64,000 nucleotides of DNA, from assembly GCF_006345805.1 (NCBI RefSeq), contig NC_043004.1:16368001-16432000 (forward strand). Direction: 5' to 3'. The DNA comes from Octopus sinensis. Its lineage: Eukaryota. The notes under the pieces are model-generated. The model saw nothing but the letters and a program-made list of their open reading frames with translations, was not told the DNA's origin and did no database searches. Positions within the stretch are counted from its first letter, which is position 1; each line of letters starts with the position of its first letter. The translations under genes and the position numbers were made by a program. Below are positions 38,782 to 52,659 of this stretch, one piece after another.

Positions 38782-38797
38782 TCTTTATGTAAGTGTT

Positions 38798-39055
38798 TGG
38801 AGGCGCGTGGCTTAGTGGTTAGAGTGTCAGCACCATGATCGTAAGATTGTAGTTTCGATTCCTGGACTGGGCGACGAGTTGTGTTCATGAGCAAAACACT
38901 TCATTTCACGTTGCTCTAGTCCACGCAGCTGGTAAAAATGAGTAATGCTACGATGGACTGGCGTCCCGTCCAGCTGAGGAACACATACGTCATAGAAACC
39001 GGGAAACCGGGCCCATGAGCCTGGCTAGGCTTTAAAAGGACGCATTTATTATTAT
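38798..39055 (+). mobile_element. tRNA-derived SINE, family S3 (V-domain-like GATGGACTGGCGTCCCGTCCAG)
   Basis: A-box TGGCTTAGTGG, B-box-like GTTTCGATTCC, central TGAGCAAAACACTTCATTTCACG..CAGCTGG..AAATGAGTA, and a TTA-rich tail. Confidence 0.8.
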
Positions 39056-39940
39056 TTTTTTATGTAAGTGTAAAATTTCTATTTGTAAATATTTCCTGAA
39101 TTGGCCTTTCAATGAAAATTCTCCTGAATAAAGACAGCTGAGTTTGGTTGCTAATTGTCTTGCACCGAGTAAGAAACTGCTGTGAACCATGAACAAGTCA
39201 GTGAAGTCAGCTGACTTCCCCTAACCACTTCCACACAAATTAAAATGGATCCTAGATAAGTCTAATAAAGGTCGAATGTTTATATCCAAGGTATTTCGTT
39301 GGTATCGTGTTTCCAGTGTGTAACTGCGATTTTTACTTACTCCGATTATTTGAATATTCCTAGTAGTGTTTTTGAGAACCAGGAGAAATGTTGAAAACTA
39401 TTCAAATAGCACATGCATTTTCAAAAGTAATTTTTCAGGGTAAATCAATTCAGCCGCCATTCTAGGAATAGTATTTGTCTGTTGGACATATAAGGGGAAT
39501 TCAAATGCATTTCTTGCTGATGTCATATTTGTGTTATACATTCACTTGAATAGTTTCCGTTATCTCGATTGACTGACGGGTTACAATGGTTAAAACGAAA
39601 ACAGATCCGGCAGAAGAGAAATGACAGGAAAGCAACAAATTCCATCAACCTTTACATAAAGAATGTGGATTTTCTACAAGTATTCATGCACAATCCCAAT
39701 TCCGTTGAGAGAAGTCGAATCGGCCATAAGGTATATCAGTATAGGGAATAACCGGATCGTTGAAAGAGAAATATCACATTCGTAACATCGCTCCAACGTT
39801 ACTATAGCGATGTTGTCATAGTAATGCACATCAAAATTGATTATCAGCTTGCATTCGTCATCTATGAAGGGATATGTTTCTATATGCAACAGTATACGCA
39901 TACATACATACATATAAACATAGAACAGTATTTATAATAC

Positions 39941-39998
<58 letters not shown>

Positions 39999-41200
39999 AT
40001 ATATATATACATATATATAGAAAAATGAGAAACACAAACGAATATTTTTATACATATATACGTGTATGCGTGTGTACGTGCTTGTGTGTGTGTGTCAGTG
40101 TATGTGCGTGTGTGTGTGTGTAAGAGAGAGAGAGAGAAAGAGAGAGTTATTGACAAATTTTGAAGCGACATGTGAGTTGATATTTTATAGGAAAGGAAGT
40201 AAATCTAGAACGCAAAATAGCTGTGTGAATAGCCTAAAAGATCGGGCAAAATACGTTAAAAGACGGAAGAAAGTGGCCATTAACTTAAGAGATCCCTGAC
40301 AACAAATATCACCTTCATAACGCTAAATGATAGGTTTTGGTATGCGAGCAAGTTTTTTTATGAAGAAACTTAGAATACTGGCTGAATGCTTTTTTACCAT
40401 TAATGTAAGCAACACCTGGGAAAAAAATGTTCTCTGACATAACGTTAAATAGTAGCTTTTGGAATTTGAGAAGTACAGGGTTCTATTTTCTGTTGCGGGT
40501 TCTTGACCACTTTTTGAACATGGATCATAAACTTGTTAACGAAGGAATCCTTGAATCTGGGAACGAAGGCGACATTCCATCAGTTAGTATTAGATAAAGT
40601 CGTATACAATATGACGTATTTTAAAAAATAGTTATTGGTGCAGATCACATTCACTCATCACACACACACATTCTCATTCATTCATTCATACGCACATATA
40701 TAAACACACACACACACTTTCACACACAGACACGCACACATACACACTTGATATTAGGGTGTACTCCGTACTGTACAACGTCAAGGATTCTAACGTGCGT
40801 GTGTGTATGACCGGGAATTCTTTAACATTTGCTCTGGTTTGTTTTGGTATAAAAATGTAAACAACAGCTGAAAGAGTCATTAAGATCCTTCCTATCTGTA
40901 CAAAGCGACACGCATGGACGCACACCTCCGGACACACACATAAACACACCTGCACACTTAAATGACCACTACAAAGGGCATGATACTTCTGCTATCTCTT
41001 AAACATTCTCAAAGACCATACACATATTTCGACCTCCCCCACTACGTTCACAAAAGTGTTTGTCACTATCAATACGTATCTAAACCACACACATATGTGT
41101 GACTGTGTGTCACACACATATTCTCTATCTCTGCTCTGCTCAGTGTGTTGTGCGGTGGTGTGTATGATATATTTTTGCAGGGGCGTATATATTTAATATT

Positions 41201-41287
<87 letters not shown>

Positions 41288-41787
41288 TTATGTGTGTGCG
41301 TCTACCCATTTCTCTCTGCCCACTTTACATGACTGTCTGCATAATTTTCCTTTTATTTTATTCTTTTCTTTATTTCCTTCGGGTATAACCGCAAGCGTAT
41401 ATTTGCATACTTTTCCCTGCATTGCGGTAAATCTTTCCATAGGCATCGACATTAACTTTCTCATTCCCAACGCCTATATGTTCTGAAAATGCAATTTTCC
41501 TAAGTATAGTGCACTTCATATTCAAGGCTCTGATGAAGCTATAGGATGTTACCCAGGGACTTATATCTTATATCAGAAACAGTTATAAGCTAATGAAGTT
41601 CATTACATAACCATTGCTTTTTCCAGTGTTATCTCTTTGCTTCTATTATCGCTCTATACTCGTCTAACATCGTTCTAAACAATATGTGTATTGAGTTCTA
41701 CACCAGGTTATTAATCTCGCTATGCCTAAATGAAATATTAATAATATAAATAATACGCCCTCCACATTTATATATATATATATATAT

Positions 41788-42148
41788 ACTCTCTTTACTC
41801 TTTTACTTGTTTCAGTCATTTGACTGCGGCCATGCTGAAGCACCGCCTTTAATCGAGCAACTAGACCCCGGGACTTATTCTTTTGTAAGCCCAGTACTTA
41901 TTTTATCGGTCTCTTTTGCCGAACCGCTAAGTAACGCGGACATAAACACACCAGCATCGGTTGTCAAGCAATGCTAGGGGGACAAACACAGACACACAAG
42001 CACACACACGCATATATATATATATACATATATACGACGGGCTTCTTTCAGTTTCCGTCTACCAAATCCACTCACAAGGCGTTGGTCGGCCCGAGAATAT
42101 AGTAGAAGACACTTGCCCAAGGTGACACGCAATGGGACTGAACCCGGA

Positions 42149-42151
<3 letters not shown>
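41788..42151 (-). mobile_element. SINE S1, head truncated by (TA)n
   Basis: High similarity to 44274-44695 in reverse orientation. Confidence 0.9.
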
Positions 42152-42243
<92 letters not shown>

Positions 42244-42247
42244 TATA

Positions 42248-42545
42248 TAGGTACAGGACGTCACTAATAGTAAACAACATGAAATACGAAAACAAATGAG
42301 TAAGATTCGGAAACAACGAGAGAAAAAAATTGAAAACAGGACAAGTAATACACGAAACGACCTTTCATCAGTTGTCGGTTGTCTATCTACGACGATATGT
42401 GTCTTCGAAGACAGTTGTTCCCATAAATACAAAAATAAAATTTTGGATTTATGGAGGATCAAAGTTGTGAACAAAAACAGGACATACAAGGAAACCAAAC
42501 GAAAACAAACATGGAGGGTCGTTAGACCAGAACGAGAGGAAATAC
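42248..42545. mobile_element. pLTR-like repeat next to (TA)n
   Basis: CTGATGA on the minus strand at 42365-42371. Its right end is shared with 17735-17830. Confidence 0.5.
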
Positions 42546-42769
42546 ATATTTACACACACACACGCACACACACACGGATTTCGAGTAACATGACCAAACA
42601 ACCTGCAATGCAACAGTGGTGGATAATTTAAGGAAAGCACGAAATTTAAATTGGAAACAGACATACTTCCTCATTGTGCATATTTTTAACAAGTGAGAAC
42701 AGAACAATACTTGAATTTTATTGCTTGATTTTCGTTCCATCTTCACTGTTGTAGTTCACTGTTGTAGTT

Positions 42770-42922
42770 ACCCCAGTGCGTAACTGGTACTTAATTTATC
42801 GACCCCGAAAGGATGAAAGGCAAAGTCGACCTCGGCGGAATTTGAACTCAGATCGTAACCGCAGACGAAATACTATTAAGCATTCCACCCAGCGTGCTAA
42901 CGTTTCTGCCAGCTCGCCGCCT
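42770..42922 (-). mobile_element. SINE S2 head and core
   Basis: Reverse complement of GGCGGCGAGCTGGCAGAAACGTTAGCACG..GAGTTCAAATTCCGCCGAGGTCGACTTTGCCTTTCATCCTTTCGGGGTCGATAAATTAAGTACCAG. Confidence 0.9.
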
Positions 42923-43844
42923 TTCTAATTCCATATATTAAGTATATGATTAGTGTTGTGCCAGCGTACGACTCTCTTAACCCTAGATGTCTCCAAAATA
43001 ATCAAGCTAACTGGTCTTGGAGAGTAAGCATTATCACTTTCTCCAGGATAATGGTTAAGAAATAAAATTGGTATTAATGAACTCATCACATAAAACTCCA
43101 CACATTGTATAAATTCTATAAAGTTATATTTTCTCAAGTCAATAGTTTTTGCCTGTTGTAGACGAGAGGAAGATAGAAGACAAAAAATAAATCTTCCAAA
43201 CGTTTTGCGTCCGAATCTGAAACACAGATCTTTAGAGCATAGAACACGTTAAAAAATATTTGAAAACACGCCGAACATACAAAACATTTGAGAAGGGTTA
43301 TCTGGTTTATCTATTTTGGAGCATTTATTTATACCCCCAAGTTATTGAAATAATTTTTGTAACAAACTTTCGGAGTCTTCTCAATTTGAGAAGAAAATAT
43401 TCAAATGGATTTTTCCGAATTAACATAACTGGAAGTAAAAACGAATAATTAAACTAGATCTTAGTAAGGATATTCGACTACTACTTTACGTGGCTGAGTA
43501 TTCCATGGTCATCTATACCTTGAATGTAAATCTCATACTGCCCCAGCATGATAGCTTCGTAAAGCTGGATCCCTGATTTGGCTTGTACACAGTTTTTGTC
43601 AATCAGCTTTCACTGTCAATATATATGTCAACCAGTTGGTTTAGAAAATAACACGAGGCGTGTCGAGCGATGAGATCGAACACGGAAGATCGTGATGAGG
43701 GGATTGGTTTCTTAACCATTCGAACCTACAGCACGTGTGTGTGTGTGTTTTGTGTGTGTATGTGTGTGTATGTGTGTGTACCCAGATATGCATATATCCA
43801 TATTCATATATCTCTCTCTCTCTCTCTCCACACACACACACAGA

Positions 43845-43916
<72 letters not shown>

Positions 43917-44240
43917 TCTGTGAATACATGAATCCAATGTCCATGGATAGATACAAGGAACTGTACTGTAATCATCCCAGGAATACCGACTATACATTAT
44001 TTACTTTAGTTACAATTGATGGACATGGGTCCACATCTTGTTTGTTGTTAACACAACAAACAAGATGTGGACAAATATCTGTCAATTGTAAAAAACAAAA
44101 AAACAAAAAAGAAAAAGTGGGGTAGGCTTTCGTTCAAAAGGGGTCGTAAAAAGGAAAAAAAGAAAAACGATCAATAGGGGTCGTGTATGACACAAATGTC
44201 ATGATGTAAAGTGTAAAGGGGGAAGAAGATAAGGTTTATC

Positions 44241-44273
<33 letters not shown>

Positions 44274-44275
<2 letters not shown>

Positions 44276-44693
44276 CGCAGGAGTGGCTGTGTGGTAAGTA
44301 GCTTGCTAACCAACCACATAGTTCCGGGTTCAGTCCCACTGCGTGGCATCTTGGGCAAGTGTCTTCTGCTATAGCCCCGGGCCGACCAATGCCTTGTGAG
44401 TGGATTTGGTAGATGGAAACTGAAAGAAGCCTGTCGTATATATGTATGTATATATATATATGTATGTGTGTGTGTGTTTGTGTGTCTGTGTTTGTCCCCC
44501 TAGCATTGCTTGACAACAGATGCTGGTGTGTTTACGTCTCCGTCACTTAGCGGTTCGGCAAAAGAGACCGATAGAATAAGTACTGGGCTTACAAAGAATA
44601 AGTCCCGGGGTCGATTTTCTCGACTAAAAAAAGGCGGTGCTCCAGCATGGCCGCAGTCAAATGACTGAAACAAGTAAAAGTAAAGAGTAAAGA

Positions 44694-44695
<2 letters not shown>
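44274..44695 (+). mobile_element. Full-length SINE S1 inside (TA)n
   Basis: GGCGCAGGAGTGGCTGTGTGGTAAG..GGGTTCAGTCCC..CTTGGGCAAGTG..GACTGAAACAAGTAAAAG. Confidence 0.92.
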
Positions 44696-44735
<40 letters not shown>

Positions 44736-44777
44736 ATATATATATCTATATATTATATATATACTCATATATATATG

Positions 44778-44852
<75 letters not shown>

Positions 44853-44854
<2 letters not shown>

Positions 44855-44990
44855 CGGGAAGCTTTATGAAAATAAACAAAAGACGAGGGCGGGGAAAACA
44901 AACGAACAATTGTATTAGTATGGCGCTCAGGAAATATAAATAAAACAAGTCTTTAACGTTTCGAGCCTACGCTCTTCAACAGAAAGATAC
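44853..44990 (-). mobile_element. pLTR fragment with minimal hammerhead variant CTGTTGA (44950-44987)
   Basis: Minus strand TCTTT-CTGTTGA-A-GAGC-GTAG-GCTC-GAAA-CGT-T-AAAGA. Homologous to 57420-57602. Confidence 0.65.
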
Positions 44991-45020
44991 ATATATATAT
45001 ATATATAATAAATATATATA

Positions 45021-45147
<127 letters not shown>

Positions 45148-45982
45148 ATAATTAATCAATATAGGGTGGCAAAAAATTTCGCAGAATTGTTTTGCCACCA
45201 GCGGCCTAGTGGGAAAAAAGTAAATAGTCATAGACCATTTATAAATTCAACAGCAAAATTTAGGAACGGCCATAATAGGCCATTCTACCGGCCTATGGAA
45301 GATTAGCTTGATTTAATTTAATCAGGTTGATTTACCATTAAAGAATAGACGAAACGATGCATCGTATAAAGTATTACAGGGTAAATGTTTTTTAATTTTT
45401 TTCCTGGTTTACGGAATTGATATTGTTTTGCGGTTGAAGCTTTGGCTGTTATTTCTAGTGGGTTGAATGGCCTATTATGGCCGTTCCTAAATTTTGCTGT
45501 TGAATTTATAAATGGTCTATGACTATTTACTTTTTTCCCACTAGGCCGCTGGTGGCAAAAAAATTCTGCGAAATTTTTTGCCACCCTATATTGATTAATT
45601 ATGAATTTTCTGTTTAATTCCGTAATGGAATCGGCAGCTTATATTTGCTGCCGATAAATTTGGCGCGAGTGCGATGATTTGAAAATTTTAGGTCAGATAT
45701 TGCAGAGACAGTAGTGGAGCTGCCTCGTTTAAATATCTGCCCCGATCTGGCTGACTTTACTGATGAATCTACCGGCCTATGGAAGATTAGCTTGATTTAA
45801 TTTAATCAGGTTGATTTACCATTAAAGAATAGACGAAACGATGCATCGTATAAAGTATTACAGGGTAAATGTTTTTTAAATTTTCTCCTGGTTTACGGAA
45901 TTGATATTGTTTTGCGGTTGAAGCTTTGGCTGTTATTTCTAGTGGGTTGAATGGCCTATTATGGCCGTTCCTAAATTTTGCT
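45148..45982 (+). mobile_element. 484-bp hammerhead-containing non-coding unit with 214-bp terminal redundancy and a 138-bp inverted 5' segment (candidate retrozyme or non-autonomous PLE)
   Basis: 45285-45498 recurs at 45769-45982 with 2 substitutions. 45148-45285 is the reverse complement of 45465-45602 with 1 mismatch. Flanked by (TA)n on both sides. Confidence 0.8.
45754..45856 (+). ncRNA. Type I hammerhead ribozyme with long stem II insertion; predicted GUA cleavage after 45850
   Basis: ACTTTA-CTGATGA-ATCTA..(~60 nt)..TAGAC-GAAA-CGA-TGCA-TCGT-A-TAAAGT. 6-bp stem I, canonical CUGAUGA and GAAA, palindromic stem III ACGATGCATCGT. The 10.1-11.1 pair is A/C rather than G-C. Confidence 0.7.
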
Positions 45983-46703
45983 ATATATAATATATATATA
46001 CATGTATATATTTCATACATACACATATGCATGTGTCTGTGTGTTTTTCTTGTTATGTATTATGTACACCAATATGAGCTTTAACTGCTAACATTGTATG
46101 CGTCTTCAGCGCTTCATAACTGCCTGCTTTTAATATTGACCTTCCTTTATTTTCAATCCTTCAATGTGTATGGAATGAAACGAAAATTCAGATTTTGTCA
46201 CTTTAATCTATTCGACAGCATTCAGAATTCATCTGACATCAATCAATACGCAGATAAATTTAACAACGTAGCCTTCACACGTCCATATAATTAAAACAAA
46301 TCAAAGAAAGGACAATTTTCACACTAAGAACTCGTGTAAATTATGATTACATTTGTTTGATTTGCTGATTATAATCGTAAAATATCGATAGAAAGTAATT
46401 AGGCAAATTTAGACGTGACAGACTAGTGTGCAAGGTTCTATAGGCAGATGCAGCTTGTTGATTCCATTGGATGCAGTCCTATTTCATATCGATTTTAAAT
46501 TCATAGATTTATATTTCATACTCCGCTGAGATTTCTTAATATAAAATTGAGATATTTCTATCTTTACGAAGGTGTTCATCCTTCAATAAGTCATCTCTAT
46601 TTCTGAAAGAATACGGTATAACAGTAGCATTGAAGAAAATTCGGTCAGTTCATATATCTGTATAAATATATATACATTATTTATGATTATACATATATAC
46701 ATA

Positions 46704-47068
<365 letters not shown>

Positions 47069-48020
47069 GTTGGGTTAGTGGTATTTTGAAAATAACATTC
47101 GAATTTTTAGAACATTATTCGAATTTATAGAGAAATTGGAAGTGGATTTTTCGAACATGCCACGGGCAAATATATGAAACGCATATATTATTTCAAAACG
47201 CTTATCTAAATTAGCTTATGGCTAATACTTGCTTTACTATCGTAGAAGAATCACAGACATACTGCTGACATGAGTTACCCTTAACGTAATTAAAATTAAG
47301 CAGATATCTTGTTAGTTAAGTAAGAAAAAAGAAAACAAAGCTTTGGATAGGACAAAATCATAATCGTCATCACCCGTTCTACGTCTCTCCATACAATATA
47401 AGTTCCATAGTTATATACAGAATCACATCACGCTCCAACTCATACGAACACACGCATGTACACACACACACACACATGTAGATATAATCTTATTATTTTC
47501 TCTTAACAAGCCTACCAATTTTTTTATGTTTGAACAGATCTATCTATAATTTTTAAGCCTGCTACTTCGGATCGTTGGATTTTGTCTCCATTTTCAGTAT
47601 GGAATACAGGAGGTTTCACGAGACTATACAACACTTTGGAATAAATAAATAGATCATAAGAGGTAAGCATAATTTTAATTGTATTCCTTGCATTAGTTCT
47701 GGATTTCCTGTAAGGCATTTTATGTATACATATTTATATACTCATATTACACATACTTATGGACATACATCCAGACACATGCACACAGTCATGCGACACG
47801 CGCACAAAAATATATACGCAAACACATACACACATATGTATATACATCTATATATTCACAAGCGTATATACATGTTTATATACACAAATACGTAAAAACA
47901 TACATAAATATATAAAATACTAAAAGACATAAAAAAAGCGTAGACAAATGACGAGGGTTAGAAGGTCATACACTATTATAAAATACTATGAAGCAAGCAA
48001 ATGTAATGAGACTACACAAC

Positions 48021-48582
48021 GGAGGGAAATGGAAATTAATAGAAATTTTCACTTCCAGTTGCCTAGCGTGTAATTAATTTCCATTTCCCTTCGATGTGAT
48101 TAAGTATTGTAACTTTTTCGATAATTTTTCGAATCTTAAATGTTGGCTTTTTTTTTATTGCCGATGAGGGACTGCGTCTGCGCAGTAGATTTTGAAAAAA
48201 TTAGGATGTATAAACAAGAGGCACATAGTTGATTGCCTCGTGTTTTATATAATTAATCTAACGTGTACCTGTTGACGAAGATTTCACCTAGCGAATATAA
48301 TTTATTTACTGAACTAAAATCAGAAACCAATTGGTCCAGGAAACTAGATGGTAAAAGTTTTCATTTTTTCACTTCGTTCTTGTTGGGATTTTATCCCTAA
48401 TTTTGTTGTTATAGAACATAGCTTTTCTTTCTAGAGTGTTGAATCCCACGAATGGATTCCTTATGTGTTTAAATGTACACTGTATTTTATGAGTAATACA
48501 TAGTCTTTGGACTAATGTTTTACACGCTAGGCCATTGGATGTGAAAATTTCAATTAATTTTTATTTCCCTTCGATATGATTA
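48021..48582 (+). mobile_element. 480-bp pLTR/retrozyme-like unit with inverted 5' segment and two hammerhead motifs
   Basis: AATTAATTT..TTTCCCTTCGAT.TGATTAA occurs at 48072 and 48552. 48021-48071 is the inverse of ~48522-48573. Hammerhead motifs at ~48160-48206 (decayed) and 48268-48340. Confidence 0.7.
48268..48340 (+). ncRNA. Type I hammerhead variant (TTGACGA core, GUC site)
   Basis: CCTG-TTGACGA-A-GATTT..(32 nt)..AAATC-A-GAAA-CCAATTGG-T-C-CAGG. Confidence 0.55.
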
Positions 48583-48597
48583 AATATATATATATAT

Positions 48598-51150
48598 AAC
48601 CCAAATGAAATTAAGGACAATACTTTGGACTTCTGCCGTAAATTACGCCTCACAGAAGCTTTTTACAACTATACCAGTGAGGATCACTCAATAGTGAAAA
48701 ACAAAAGTGAGTACCTTCCTACAAAAGGTAGAAATAAAGCACTTGATGTTTTTTGTGATCACATAACTTGTTTTCCTTACAATATCATTCCAAAACAACT
48801 TATCAAATCCAACCTTAATTTAAACGAATGGAAAGACCTTGTCGAGCTAAAAAAAATGACATAAACCTCACTATTAAAGAAGCCGACAAAGGAAGTGCGG
48901 TAGTATTGATGGATACAGAGTACTACAAAAATTTTATACTTTCCATGTTGGAAAATAATACTTACTATGAAAAACTAACATATTACAACCCACAGAAGAA
49001 ACTAAAAAAATTATCCTCCCTACTCCAAACTCACGGAAAGGGTCTTACAACACATGAAATTGACTATCTATCCAATTTCAAATACAGTCCCAGTCTATTC
49101 TACGGATTACCCAAGATACATAAAAATCTACTCATTTGTGAAGCCTGCAAAGTCTCTACAAGCCTATGCATTAATGTCCCTCCACCTACTGACCTCAAAC
49201 TCAGACCCATCATAGCTGGCCCTTCCTGCGAAACCCACCGTTTGAGTAACTTTCTTGACATATTACTCAAACCTCTTTAAAAATATGTGAAAAGCTATAT
49301 CAGGGATGACCTAGACATGCTGAACCACCCCCCGAAGACAGTAAAGGACGGAACTCTACTGGTCTCTTTCGATGTAGTGAATCTATACATTAATATCCCA
49401 CACGACTATGGTATAGAAGCAATCACATTTTGGCTAGAAAAGCACCCAGAAGAGATCCCAGGACGAATTAACCACAATTTTATAATTGAAGTACCGAAAT
49501 TCGTCCTATTGAACAATCATTTCTTGTTCAATACTAATTACTATCGACAGGAATGCGGAATTGCAATGGGGACCAGAGCTGCTCCAGTTATTGCAAACCT
49601 CGTAATGGGTTACCACGAACTTAAGTTATACCAATCATCACTAGAAAAATATGGCGCCTCTTTCAATTACTACTTAAAGGAAAACTGGAAGAGATATTTA
49701 GATGATTGCTTCATACTTTGGCAAGATAGCATGGATCAATTCCTTGATTTTAAAAGAATGCTCAACAACATACACAGCAATATATAATTCACTATGGAAC
49801 ACAACAGTAAGCAACTACCTTTTCTAGACATCTTAATTAGAATAGTTAACAACCACATAGAAACAGACATATTTTATAAACCCACAGACTCTAAACAATA
49901 CCTATTATTTAACTCCTGCCACCCCAAACACATAAAAATCAACACACCCTTTAACCTAGCAAAAAGAATCTGCACCATAGTTTCCGATACATACACTTGT
50001 GAACATAGACTCCTTGAACTTAGATCTACACAAACTAAAAGACACTACCCAATCTCATTAGTAAATGAAGGCATCAAAAGAGCTAAGGGGATAGATATAC
50101 AAAAATTAATGAAAACTAGCCGTAATACTAAACAAGACTTAAAAATACTCCCGTACATCTCCACACATAACCCCAGAAATAACGAAGCCTTCAAAATCAT
50201 CACCCAAAACCTCCCTATCCTCACAGTAGACAAAACAATGAACGAAATTTTAAGCTCATATAAAATTACAAAAAACAAAAAGCAACCGAAGTCACTGAAA
50301 AGAATACTAAAACCAGCGCTAGACTTTACCCACTAACTAGTGAGCCAAAAGTGACAAAATGTGACGTTCCAACTGTGGAACATGTCCCCACCTTCTGGAG
50401 GGTTCAGAATTCCAATTCAAACAAGGAGAAATATTTAAGATCAAATCAAATTTCACCTGCGCCTCGGCAAATGTAATCTATGTCATGACATGCTTAGGAT
50501 GCGGTAAACTCTATATTGGACAAACAGGACTTTCACTCCGTCAAAGAATCACCATTCACAAAGAGCAAATCCGCCACTCACAATACAGACAGTTAAAGGT
50601 GAGTGAACACATAGAAAGATGTGCCAGGAATCTTAATCCCAATTTCCAAATATTTCCCTTTTACCAATGCTCACAGAACACCACAATGCAACAAAGGTTG
50701 AATAAAGAGTCATTTTTCATCAACAAATGTCTCCCCCAACTAAATGTGAACACACAACTCAATACAGAACACCACTAACTCTTCAATTTAAACCACGAAA
50801 CCCTATACACTTTCTACATCACTCACATTTCTAATTCATGAACTACTTACCTCCCTTATACATATAATCCAGAACTACTTACTTCCCTTACAAATAATCT
50901 CTTTTCTCAGGAACTATTAGACCTGACAGCGTTTACTAACCGGTGTTGTTCAAACGATGAATAGCTAACGCGAAAACCAATTGGTTCGATTCAGTATCTT
51001 AACTTATTATTATTATTATTAACTTCTTATAATCATCAATGATAATGACCTTTTTGACTAGTAATACTCTAAATGTATATATTTGTCACTACCTGTCATA
51101 TATAGCCTTTTTATATCTACAATATGCATTTTCGTTGGTTTTTCTTATTT
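48598..51150 (+). mobile_element. 5'-truncated, decayed Penelope-like retroelement (RT + GIY-YIG; Neptune-type)
   Basis: IKEADKGSAVV, FYGLPKIHK, LRPII, SFDVVNLYINIP, GIAMGTRAAP, RYLDD, LPFLD, YKPTD..HP; linker KC..RSNCGTC; NVIYVMTCLGCGKLYIGQTG..RITIH..SEH. Stops at 49278-80 and 49785-87, frameshifts near 48850 and 50310-50365. Decayed hammerhead at ~50960-51000. Confidence 0.95.
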
Positions 51151-51216
51151 TACCCCTATATATATATATATATATATATATAGTTAATCCAAACATGCAA
51201 ACACAAAGACAAAACG

Positions 51217-51289
<73 letters not shown>

Positions 51290-52659
51290 GGTATGTATAT
51301 ACATATACCTATATGTTTGAATGTATGTATATGTACATGTTGGTGTGCATGTGTATACATGTGTGTGTTTTTGAGAGTGCGAGTACGTGTATACCAATGC
51401 CACTTATAGATGGATGCAGAGACGTAAACAGACTGATGGCAGTCTTATAACTTTCTGCTGCCCTGTGATTCGTTTTCTCTTCACCGACAAAATATCAGCT
51501 TGATTCTAATGACCTTAATGTGAACTCATGACAGCAAAATATCTATGACACTTGTGCGTTCTCAAAGTTAATATTAGCCATAAAGTAATTTAGATAAGTG
51601 TTTTGAAATTACATATCCGTTTGATCTCTATGTTTCTCGCATATCCGTTAAAGGTACACCTAATTTCTCTATAAATTCGAATGCTATTTTGAAAGTACTA
51701 CTTACCACATAATGCTCCGTTTCATTCATCACGATGAATGTATTATCTCACTTGTAGATACTTGTTTAAATTATTACATGAATATGGTGTATTTGGCAGT
51801 GTGACATAACCTGTAAATACATTAATAAAATTTCGATTTGAAATTTCACTTCTATTCCCTTTTTACACCTACGCTATTACTAGGACACACTCTGGCTAAA
51901 ATCTACGGTTTCAATTTGTTACTTATAGATCTACAGTATCTGGCCAGCACTTGATACATTCTTTGTTTTTTACTTGTTGATGTGGCTAAATTATATTGAG
52001 TTGTATGAATAGTTAATTCTTATGTGTGTGTGTTTGTAATCTTAAGTGTTTGTATATGTGTGTGCTTGTGCGTGTGTGTATGTGTGAGTGCGTGGGTGTG
52101 TTTGTGTATATCTTCTCTTAAAATTTATTGCTTCATAACGATATTTCACAGAAGATTTTTGAAAATGTCTTTTCTTCCTACATCCAAATTGTTGTTTGCA
52201 TAAAGTCGTATTACAATTGTTTACAGCTAGTTTCAAATATAAGTAAATGTACTGTCAATTCGACATCTATGATGTTAAAAAACTGTGGAACATATGTTTC
52301 CCTGTAGGCATAACTCACAGTTAATTCAATAATGGATACTTTGCTTGTTTACTTCCTTCCTCTATGTCTCAGAGAGATATGGCGTATTTACAATATACCT
52401 CATATTAGATTTCCATTTATCATGAACAATATCTCTAACGACGACATATAAAATTATACGAACTTATTTGATTTGTTGAAAAATGTTTCCGACTTGTTGC
52501 TCTTAGCATTTTCTGAATGTTTTTAATGATTTCAATATATATGTCTAAATCTTTTTTCTTGTTAAGTTTTGAGTATTTTCTGGGGTGATTTAACAAGGAC
52601 TAGTATTAGGTTTTCATGTCTTCATATTTTATTTATTTTGAGCAGGATGAGCAATGATC

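Noticed and set aside
39300-39890. Possible Helitron Rep remnant on the minus strand
   Set aside because: Matches are too weak, and the order relative to the 41.4-kb helicase-like piece is inconsistent with one element.
42940-43070. VVPAYDSLNP resembling a cadherin/protocadherin motif
   Set aside because: No DxNDN, LDRE or PxF motifs, and the frame is short and closed by stops.
46094-46294. 66-aa ORF with a hydrophobic N-terminal stretch (secreted peptide idea)
   Set aside because: It starts at TTG, and has no cleavage or processing pattern and no supporting gene structure.
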